Part shown: piece by piece, positions 17,696 to 25,123 of the stretch | Position numbering within the stretch: the first letter of the stretch is position 1 | How the letters are laid out: every line of letters begins with the position of its first letter | DNA from: an uncultured Erysipelotrichaceae bacterium | GTDB taxonomy: Bacteria; Bacillota_I; Bacilli_A; Erysipelotrichales; Erysipelotrichaceae | Assembly: GCA_942493105.1 (NCBI GenBank) | Contig: OW818668.1 | Location: 900,001-932,000, forward strand | Direction of reading: 5' to 3' | DNA length: 32,000 bases | Notes under the pieces: model-generated | What the model was told of the DNA's origin: nothing | Databases searched by the model: none | The model's input: the letters and a program-made list of their open reading frames with translations, nothing else | Translations under genes and position numbers: made by a program

Positions 17696-18714
17696 ATGAG
17701 TCAACATTATACAGAGGCTGGTGTCAACCTAGAAGCCGGCTATGAATCCGTAAGACGAATTAAAACTCATATTGAAAGAACACGTAACTTAGGAATGATG
17801 TCCAACATCGGTTCATTTGGAGGTCTTTTCGATTTGTCACTTTATAAGATCAAAGAGCCGATATTGGTCAGTGGAACAGATGGGGTAGGTACTAAACTCA
17901 AGATTGCATTCATGATGGATAAGCATGATACGGTAGGGATCGATGCGGTGGCCATGTGTGTCAATGATATCTTAGCGCAAGGTGCTTTACCGCTTTATTT
18001 TTTGGATTATATTGCGATTGGAAAGAATAAACCTGAGGTTGTTGAAGCTTTGGTTAAAGGGGTCGCAGATGGTTGTGAATTAGCTGGATGTGCTCTTATT
18101 GGCGGAGAAACAGCTGAAATGCCAGATATGTATCAAGATGGTGAATATGACATCGCTGGGTTTTCAGTGGGTGTCGCAGAGAAATCACAACTCATCTCAA
18201 CTCAAAATGTTAAAGCAGGGCAAGTTGTCATTGGATTATCTTCCAGCGGAATCCATTCAAATGGTTTTTCTTTGGTCAGAAAGATTCTTTTAAGGATAAC
18301 AAACTCTCTCTTGATGAACCTTTTGAAGGTTCTACGATAGGGGAAACCATCTTAACGCCAACTAAGATCTATGTTAAATCTGTTATGGCTGTACTAAAAG
18401 AAATCAAAGTATCAGGCATTGCACATATAACAGGTGGTGGATTTATCGAAAATATGCCTCGTTGTCTACAAGAAACCCAGGGTTTATTGATTAAAAAGGG
18501 TTCATGGACGATTCCTTTGATCTTTAAGAAACTTCAAGATTTAGGACAAATCGAAGAATCGGAAATGTTTAACATCTTTAATATGGGGATTGGAATGATT
18601 TTGATCGTTGATCAAAAAGATGTTGACCAAGCACTTTTGATTTTAAAGTCTCATGGCGAAACTGCTCAAGTGATCGGTGAAGTGACCAACAACCCAGGAA
18701 TTATATTGGTATGA
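17696..18714 (+). pseudogene. purM: AIR synthetase (purM) interrupted by a single frameshift
   Basis: Track ORFs 17696..18340 and 18385..18714 are the N- and C-halves of one PurM ('[13 protein letters not shown]', 'GGETAEMP', 'HITGGGFIEN'). Reading the second frame back to 18289 gives [32 protein letters not shown], which continues ...GFSLVRKIL. One extra base in the T4 run 18288-18291 would restore a 339-aa protein. Confidence 0.85.
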
Positions 18715-19283
18715 AACGACTTGTGATTTTCGCTTCAGGTAGTGGCACTAATTTCGAAGCCATCGTTGAAGCTAAAAACAAAGGTCACTTGGATGCAGAA
18801 ATCATAGGATTGATTTGCGACCATGCGGATGCAGGATGTTTGTCTAGAGCAGATCGTCACCACATCCCCAGTGCTATTTTCCTTAGATCACAATATCCTT
18901 CAAAGCAAGCCATGGATGAAGCCATCCTAAAACAAGTCCAATTATGGAAAGCAGATTGGCTCATCTTAGCTGGATATATGCGCTTATTAAGCCCAATCAT
19001 CATCCATGCTTACCCTAAACATATTTTAAATATTCATCCTTCATTGTTGCCTAAATACAAAGGAAAAGATGCCTTAGGTCAAGCTTTAGCAGCACATGAA
19101 ACGACCTTAGGGGTCAGCATCCATTATGTAGATGAAGGCATGGATACAGGTGAAATCATCAAACAAGTATCTTTTCAAATCAAAGAAGGAGATGACAGGA
19201 CAGAAGCAGAAATTCTGTTACATCAACTTGAACATCAGTTATACCCACAAATCATTCAGCAATTACTCAAGGAGAACCTATGA
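18711..19283 (+). CDS. purN: GAR formyltransferase
   Basis: 'LVIFASGSGTNFEAI', 'NIHPSLLPKYKG'. ATGA overlap with the purM stop. Confidence 0.95.
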   Translation: MKRLVIFASGSGTNFEAIVEAKNKGHLDAEIIGLICDHADAGCLSRADRHHIPSAIFLRSQYPSKQAMDEAILKQVQLWKADWLILAGYMRLLSPIIIHAYPKHILNIHPSLLPKYKGKDALGQALAAHETTLGVSIHYVDEGMDTGEIIKQVSFQIKEGDDRTEAEILLHQLEHQLYPQIIQQLLKENL

Positions 19284-20815
19284 AAAAAAGAGCATTATTA
19301 AGTGTTAGTGATAAGACAGGTCTGGTTGAATTGGCCCAAGTCTTGGTTGATCACGGGATTGAATTGATCTCAACAGGGGGTACTAAGAAAACCCTTCAAG
19401 AAGCGGGTTTGCTTGTATTGGGTATCGAAGAAGTCACAGGTTTTCCTGAAATGTTGGATGGCAGAGTCAAAACACTGCATCCATTGGTTCATGGGGGACT
19501 TTTATTCAAGCGCCATGATCCTTCACATCTTCAGCAAATACAAAGTGCTCATATTCAACCCATCGATTTTGTCATCGTCAATCTGTATCCTTTTCAAAAA
19601 ACCATTGAAAAAGCAGATTGTACGATTGAAGAAGCCATTGAAAATATCGATATCGGTGGACCTTCGATGTTAAGAAGTGCGGCTAAGAATCATCAAGATG
19701 TGACTGTCATTTGTGATCCAAAAGATTATGCAAGTTTGATTTCTCAACTGAGTGAAAAAGGAGAGACTGACTTTACTTTTAGACAAGCCATGGCAGCGAA
19801 AGTTTATCGGTCCACAGCTGCATATGATGCCCTGATTGCCCAATATATGAATGCGTTGGTCAACATTGAATTTCCTGAACGTTTAACTGAAACCTATGTC
19901 TTGAACCAAACTTTAAGATATGGTGAGAATCCTCATCAAAAAGCAGCTTTTTATGTGACACCTTTTGAAGAAAGAGATTCATTATCAGCGGCAATTCAAC
20001 TTCATGGTAAGGAACTTTCTTATAATAATATCCAAGATGGGGCTGCAGCTTTACAACTGCTTAGTGAGTTTGATCAGCCTGCTGTGATCGCACTTAAACA
20101 TACCAACCCTTGTGGTGTAGGGATATCTTCTGATTTGTATCACTCCTGGAGAAAAGCTTTTGAAGCCGATACCACCAGTATCTTTGGAGGTGTAGTGGCC
20201 TTTAATCGTGAAGTTGATGGACAAATCGCCAAAGAACTCTCTGAAATCTTTTTAGAGATCATATTGGCACCTTCTTATACTGATGAAGCACTCAATATTT
20301 TAACTCAAAAGAAAAATATTCGTGTAATGAAAACATCAGATCAGAATTCTAGACCTTATCTAAAAACAAGTGTTAGAGTTGCGGGTGGTTTATTAACTCA
20401 AGACACAGATAAACATTCTAGTTCTGAAACCCAACTTAAAACAGTCACGATCAAACATCCAAGTTCTTCTGAAATAAGTGATGCATTGTTTGGAGAGAAA
20501 GTTGTTAAGCATGTTAAATCCAATGCGATCGTTATCGTTAAGGATGGACAGACTTTAGGCATCGGTGCAGGTCAGATGAATCGTGTCGGTGCAGCTGAAA
20601 TTGCACTAAAACAAGCCGGTGAAAAAGCCATAGGGGCAACTTTAGCATCAGATGCTTTCTTTCCTATGAATGATACAGTGGCCTTAGCTGCTCAATACGG
20701 GATCACATGTATCATTCAACCAGGAGGCTCCATTAAAGATCAGGACTCTATTACAGCCTGTGATGAAGCCAATATCGCCATGATTTTTACCGGTGAAAGG
20801 CATTTTAAACACTAA
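19280..20815 (+). CDS. purH: AICAR transformylase / IMP cyclohydrolase
   Basis: 'RALLSVSDKTGL', 'LRYGENPHQ', 'IIQPGGSIKD'. ATGA overlap with purN. Confidence 0.95.
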   Translation: MKKRALLSVSDKTGLVELAQVLVDHGIELISTGGTKKTLQEAGLLVLGIEEVTGFPEMLDGRVKTLHPLVHGGLLFKRHDPSHLQQIQSAHIQPIDFVIVNLYPFQKTIEKADCTIEEAIENIDIGGPSMLRSAAKNHQDVTVICDPKDYASLISQLSEKGETDFTFRQAMAAKVYRSTAAYDALIAQYMNALVNIEFPERLTETYVLNQTLRYGENPHQKAAFYVTPFEERDSLSAAIQLHGKELSYNNIQDGAAALQLLSEFDQPAVIALKHTNPCGVGISSDLYHSWRKAFEADTTSIFGGVVAFNREVDGQIAKELSEIFLEIILAPSYTDEALNILTQKKNIRVMKTSDQNSRPYLKTSVRVAGGLLTQDTDKHSSSETQLKTVTIKHPSSSEISDALFGEKVVKHVKSNAIVIVKDGQTLGIGAGQMNRVGAAEIALKQAGEKAIGATLASDAFFPMNDTVALAAQYGITCIIQPGGSIKDQDSITACDEANIAMIFTGERHFKH

Positions 20816-22050
20816 TGAACCGTATCTTGATCATTGGATCTGGAGGTCGTGAGCATGCTTTAGCGGCTTGTTTCAAGAAGAGCCCAACTGTTGAGAAAGT
20901 TTTTGTCGCCCCAGGAAATCCAGGAATGTGTGATGTTGCAGAAATCGTACCCATCTTAGCAGATGATTTTGAAGCACTGATTGAATTCTCAAAAGCCAAT
21001 CAGATCTCATTGGTATTTGTTGGCCCAGAGGCCCCCTTATCCAAAGGCATCGTCGATGTTTTATCAGCGCAAAATATACCGATCTATGGACCAACAGCCA
21101 ATGCTGCTCGTTTAGAGTCCAGTAAATCTTATGCCAAATCCATTATGAATAAATATGGAATCCCAACTGCCAAACATGTGACTGTACATACCTTGGCAGA
21201 AGCTCTTCAATATCTTTCTTTAAATGCAGCCCCTATTGTCATCAAAGCCGATGGTTTGATGGCAGGCAAAGGAGTTACAGTTGCGATGAAGGATGAAGAA
21301 GCCATTGAAGCCATTCATGAGATCTATCATCATGAATCTATCGTTTCACCTGTTGTGATTGAAGAGTATCTTGAAGGCGAAGAATTTTCCTTGATGGCCT
21401 TTGTGAAGGGAAAAACAGTTGTCGCTATTGACATAGCCCGCGACCATAAACGAGCCTATGACTTTGATCAAGGTCCAAATACAGGTGGTATGGGTGCTTA
21501 CTCACCTGTCCCTCAGATTTCTCAAGCTCAAATTGATGAAGCTATGGAAAAGATCATGCGTCCCATTGCCCAGGCAATGGTTCTAGAAGGAAATCCATTT
21601 GAAGGTGTCTTATATGGCGGCTTAATGGCAACCAAAGACGGCATCAAAACCATTGAATTCAATGTTAGATTTGGAGATCCTGAAACCGAAGTGTTATTAC
21701 CTCGTCTACTCAATCCGCTGGATCAAGTCATCTTTGATATGATCAATGATCAAGAAGTTCACTTAAAGTTTGATCCAAATTTTGCCTTAGGGGTAGTTTT
21801 AGCTTCGAAAGGGTATCCAAAAAACTTTGAGAAAGGCCATTTGATTTTAGGTTTAGAAAACGTTGAGGCACAGGTTTATCATATGGGGACTTCTTATCAA
21901 GATGGATATAGAAATGCTTCTGGCAGAGTATTGTGTGTTGTAGAAATGGCTTCTACCCTACAAGAAGCAGCCCTTAAAGTCTATAAGGAAATCTTAAAGA
22001 TCGACGCACCTCAGTTGTTTTATCGACACGATATTGGGATAAAAATCTAA
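20815..22050 (+). CDS. purD: Phosphoribosylamine-glycine ligase (GAR synthetase)
   Basis: 'ILIIGSGGREHAL', 'VAPGNPG', 'EFNVRFGDPE'. TAATG overlap with purH. Confidence 0.95.
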   Translation: MNRILIIGSGGREHALAACFKKSPTVEKVFVAPGNPGMCDVAEIVPILADDFEALIEFSKANQISLVFVGPEAPLSKGIVDVLSAQNIPIYGPTANAARLESSKSYAKSIMNKYGIPTAKHVTVHTLAEALQYLSLNAAPIVIKADGLMAGKGVTVAMKDEEAIEAIHEIYHHESIVSPVVIEEYLEGEEFSLMAFVKGKTVVAIDIARDHKRAYDFDQGPNTGGMGAYSPVPQISQAQIDEAMEKIMRPIAQAMVLEGNPFEGVLYGGLMATKDGIKTIEFNVRFGDPETEVLLPRLLNPLDQVIFDMINDQEVHLKFDPNFALGVVLASKGYPKNFEKGHLILGLENVEAQVYHMGTSYQDGYRNASGRVLCVVEMASTLQEAALKVYKEILKIDAPQLFYRHDIGIKI

Positions 22051-22099
22051 TCTAACCAATAGAATAAACTGATGAAGTTCTCTGGTGTATACTTATTGT

Positions 22100-22561
22100 A
22101 TGGAAGACAAAGTAAAAAAACCTCGCTTTGATTTAGAAACACAATCAATTCTTGATGAATTATTGGCTCTTGATAAAAGAGATGCTTTAAGATGGGCACT
22201 TGATGTAGCTGAGCACACACTGGATCGTTTTGAAATCATTGCCCCCAAAGATTCCAGACCCAAAACATGCATTACTTTAGGTAGGCAATGGTTAAAAGAA
22301 TCAGTGCCTTTTAAACTAATTAGGGCTAGTGCTTTAGCAGCCCATGCGGCAGCACGATCAATAGAAGATCCATATGCCATTGCGGCTGCCAGGGCTTGTG
22401 GTCATGCGATCGCAACGATCCATGTTCAGACACACAGTATTGGAGCAGCCATCTATGGATTAAAGGCTTGTCGAAGTGAAAGCGAACGTTTAAGTGAAAG
22501 AGCCTGGCAGATTCAACATCTAAACGACATCAAGGAAAGCAGGGGTCATCATGAGAACTGA
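22100..22561 (+). CDS. All-alpha protein resembling the Imm-5-like 'putative immunity protein' family
   Basis: Track ORF 22085..22561. Core 'LIRASALAAHAAARSIEDPYAIAAARACGHAIATIHVQTHSIGAAIYGLKA' matches my memory of Imm-5-like proteins, not verified. The start is uncertain: ATG 22100 has no SD but follows TATACT (22088-22093) by 6 nt. GTG 22085 is the alternative. Confidence 0.5.
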   Translation: MEDKVKKPRFDLETQSILDELLALDKRDALRWALDVAEHTLDRFEIIAPKDSRPKTCITLGRQWLKESVPFKLIRASALAAHAAARSIEDPYAIAAARACGHAIATIHVQTHSIGAAIYGLKACRSESERLSERAWQIQHLNDIKESRGHHEN

Positions 22562-23420
22562 GCAAGAAATGATGGAATTGATACTTAACTTCACAACTCA
22601 TGATGATAATATTCGAGCTGCTTATATGAATGGATCTCGAGCAAATCCAATGATCCCCAAAGATGAATACCAAGATTATGATGTGGTATTTGCTTGTCAT
22701 GATATCCAAAGGTATTTGGATGATCATTCCTGGATCGATACTTTTGGAAAAGTCGCCATCCTGCAAGAAGCCGATAAGTCAGATACACAACTGTATGCAA
22801 CATCACCACGTATAGAATCTTACATATTTCTCGTCTTGTATCAAGATGATGTCAGAACAGATCTGTGTTTTAAAACCATTAAGCAAGCCCTCATAGAATA
22901 TGGTACAGATAGTTCAACCATATTATTGCTGGACAAAGACCATCGTTTCAAGACCTTAGAACCTGCTTCAGACAAGGATTATCATATTCAAAGACCAAGT
23001 TCATTTACAGTGGAATGTTCAATCAATGAGTTCTACTGGTGTCTTCAAAATGTTGCTAAAAGCTGTGCACGTGATCAAGTACCTTATGCCCTTTGGATGA
23101 TGAATGGACCCATCAGAGAAATGCTGCATCGAATGATCGAGTGGAAGATTGGTATTGATTATAACTTTACTGTTTCAACGGGCAAGTGTGGAAAAGGTTT
23201 CAAACAGTTTCTGTCTGCTGATCTTTATCAACGCTGGGAAGCCACTGTCAGCGATGCCTCGATTGATCATATTTGGGATAGTGCTTTTAACAGCATCACT
23301 CTATTCTCAGAAATTGCTCAAGAAGTGTGTCACGCACTAGATATCCCTTATCATTATGATGAAGAGCGCGAAATCACAGCTCATCTTAAACGAATACACA
23401 TGAAAACAAGGCCTCAATAA
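22551..23420 (+). CDS. aadK: Aminoglycoside 6-nucleotidyltransferase, ANT(6)/AadK type
   Basis: 289 aa. N-terminus 'MRTEQEMMELILNF...IRAAYMNGSRANP...QDYDVVF' and the C-terminal helical half parallel B. subtilis AadK. The start overlaps the upstream gene by 11 nt. Confidence 0.85.
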   Translation: MRTEQEMMELILNFTTHDDNIRAAYMNGSRANPMIPKDEYQDYDVVFACHDIQRYLDDHSWIDTFGKVAILQEADKSDTQLYATSPRIESYIFLVLYQDDVRTDLCFKTIKQALIEYGTDSSTILLLDKDHRFKTLEPASDKDYHIQRPSSFTVECSINEFYWCLQNVAKSCARDQVPYALWMMNGPIREMLHRMIEWKIGIDYNFTVSTGKCGKGFKQFLSADLYQRWEATVSDASIDHIWDSAFNSITLFSEIAQEVCHALDIPYHYDEEREITAHLKRIHMKTRPQ

Positions 23421-23473
23421 AGGGTCTTGTATTGTAATTGTTTCTTTAGCCATATTATCAAGACCATTTAGGA

Positions 23474-23482
23474 TGTTATAAT
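23474..23482 (+). promoter_or_regulatory. Extended -10 element (TGtTATAAT) upstream of the hemerythrin gene
   Basis: tgttataat at 23474-23482, about 60 nt upstream of ATG 23542. Confidence 0.4.
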
Positions 23483-23541
23483 TGAGTTAGAAGATGATTC
23501 CTATGTGTTAACTTATTTTCAAAAGAAAGAAGGAAGCAAGA

Positions 23542-24084
23542 ATGGGAAAAGCGACAGATGATTTAAGGCATGAGCATGAAGTGATCCTCAGTGTTTTAGA
23601 CATCGCAGATGACATCATGAATTCTACAAAAGAAGATGAGGTAAAACTCAAATACTGCAATGAAGTGCTTTATTTCTTATCGACTTTTACCGATAAGTGT
23701 CATCATGGTAAAGAAGATGCGTATCTGTTTCCTACCTTGGTTTTAAAAGGGGTTCCAGATAATGATGGTGTCATTGCGATGTTGATGCATGAACATGTGC
23801 TTGGTCGTGCCATGGTTCAAACCATGAGAGAAGACATTGATAAAAAAGACTTGAATACTCTGAAAGATCACTTCAAAGAGTACAGTATCTTTGTCCGTAA
23901 ACACCTCAGTAAAGAAAACAACATCCTATTTCCATTATCGGATAAGTTACTTAAACAAGAAGATCAAGATGAATTGATAGAAGACTATGAGATCCATGAG
24001 GAAAGTATTGTAGGTCATGGGATACATGATCAAATCGTCAATATGATCGATAAATGGTTGATCGAATTTGAAATCAAAGTTTAA
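23542..24084 (+). CDS. Hemerythrin-like (HHE cation-binding) domain protein
   Basis: 180 aa. His/Glu ligand motifs 'DDLRHEHEVI', 'KCHHGKED', 'LMHEHVLGR', 'HLSKENNILFP'. GAAGGAAG SD. Confidence 0.8.
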   Translation: MGKATDDLRHEHEVILSVLDIADDIMNSTKEDEVKLKYCNEVLYFLSTFTDKCHHGKEDAYLFPTLVLKGVPDNDGVIAMLMHEHVLGRAMVQTMREDIDKKDLNTLKDHFKEYSIFVRKHLSKENNILFPLSDKLLKQEDQDELIEDYEIHEESIVGHGIHDQIVNMIDKWLIEFEIKV

Positions 24085-24102
24085 AAAAATGAGGTAAGTC
24101 TT

Positions 24103-25038
24103 ATGGATGAAAAGACCCTATCGTGGTTGGATAATTCTGATCCGGTTATTCGTTTTCGTTTGCATCGAGATCTTTTAAAAAGTGACCATGAGAAAATTCA
24201 ATCAATTCAAGAAGAGATAGAAAAAACAGGTTGGGGATCTGCCTTTTTAAGTTGTCAAAATCCCGATGGACATTGGGGTCTCGCCTATTACTTACCCAAG
24301 TTCACATCGACCCATTACACCTTACTGATGCTAAGGATGATTTGGTTTCCAAGTTCAAATCCCACAATAAAGAAAACTGTAGAAATGGTCCTTGATCAAA
24401 ACATAGCCCAAGACGGAGGTCTTGCGCATCGTATGGGATATCCTAACAGTGATGTCTGCATTGTTGGGATGTTTTTGAATTTTGCTTGTTACTTCAAGGC
24501 TTCTGAAGAGAAATTAAAAACTCTGATTGATTTTTTCATTAAAGTTCAACTTAAAGACGGTGGCTTCAACTGTCAATATAAGAAAAAATACACGCATCAC
24601 AGTTCTGTTCACACCACCTTATCGGTTGCGGAAGGACTATGGGAGTATGAACGAAATGGATACACATATAAACTTGGTGAAGTTAAAAGAATGCGTCATG
24701 AAGCCAATGAATTCTTACTGATGCATCATTTATATAAGAGTGATAAAGATGGACATATTATGGATGAACACTTCTTATCGATGCATTGGCCTTATCATTG
24801 GCACTATGATCTTTTAAGGGCTTTAGAATACTTTGCCTTTTCTGATACACCATATGATAAACGCATGCAAGATGCTCTAGATTGGCTGATCAGTAAAGAA
24901 AAAAATGGTGTTTGGCCACTGAGTCCACGTTATGCAGGACAGTACTTTTTTACCATGGAAAAAGTCAGTCAAAAAAGTAAAATAAACACAATTCGAGCTA
25001 TGTTTGTCTTAACTCACTATTGTAATCAAAGATATTGA
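24103..25038 (+). CDS. Alpha/alpha-toroid repeat protein (prenyltransferase / terpene-cyclase-like repeats)
   Basis: 311 aa with repeated Q/K-x-x-DG-G/H-W/F-type motifs: 'QNPDGHWG', 'AQDGGLAH', 'QLKDGGFNC', 'EKNGVWPL'. GAGGTAA SD. Starts 18 nt after the hemerythrin gene. Confidence 0.5.
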   Translation: MDEKTLSWLDNSDPVIRFRLHRDLLKSDHEKIQSIQEEIEKTGWGSAFLSCQNPDGHWGLAYYLPKFTSTHYTLLMLRMIWFPSSNPTIKKTVEMVLDQNIAQDGGLAHRMGYPNSDVCIVGMFLNFACYFKASEEKLKTLIDFFIKVQLKDGGFNCQYKKKYTHHSSVHTTLSVAEGLWEYERNGYTYKLGEVKRMRHEANEFLLMHHLYKSDKDGHIMDEHFLSMHWPYHWHYDLLRALEYFAFSDTPYDKRMQDALDWLISKEKNGVWPLSPRYAGQYFFTMEKVSQKSKINTIRAMFVLTHYCNQRY

Positions 25039-25081
25039 TCATATTTCTAAGCGATATAATATTGCTTTAAATAGTTAAGCG

Positions 25082-25087
25082 TATAAT
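25082..25087 (+). promoter_or_regulatory. Candidate -10 (TATAAT) for the SPFH gene
   Basis: TATAAT at 25082-25087 with TTGCTT 14 nt upstream (a short spacer). A near-duplicate module lies at 25035-25060. Confidence 0.3.
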
Positions 25088-25123
25088 GTGTTTAGGCACG
25101 TCTTGAACGGCGGAGGTAAAGAC

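Noticed and set aside
18090-18293. 67-aa plus-strand ORF in the third frame of purM
   Set aside because: It belongs to neither of the two frames that carry PurM sequence, and it ends at the TAA created across the T-run/AAG junction. It is unrelated to the frameshift repair.
18284-18295. Programmed -1 ribosomal frameshift or transcriptional slippage as the explanation for split purM
   Set aside because: There is no X XXY YYZ heptamer in the zero frame and no obvious downstream stimulatory structure. T4 is far shorter than runs known to cause transcriptional slippage. A sequencing error or a real mutation is more parsimonious.
19413-21713. Short ORFs 19413..19673+, 20805..20999-, 20873..21094-, 21528..21713- within purH/purD
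   Set aside because: They sit in alternative frames or antisense to confident pur genes.
22100-22561. HEPN-type toxin motif in the helical protein upstream of ANT(6)
   Set aside because: The only Arg-His pair in the conserved core is R-x3-H (RACGH), which does not fit the HEPN R-x4-6-H motif.
22093-23340. Short ORFs 22093..22380-, 22530..22766-, 22591..22809-, 23149..23340+ within the Imm-5-like/ANT(6) genes
   Set aside because: Nested in or antisense to better-supported CDSs, with no signals of their own.
24527-24721. 64-aa plus-strand ORF inside the toroid-repeat gene
   Set aside because: Alternative frame of a longer, motif-bearing CDS.
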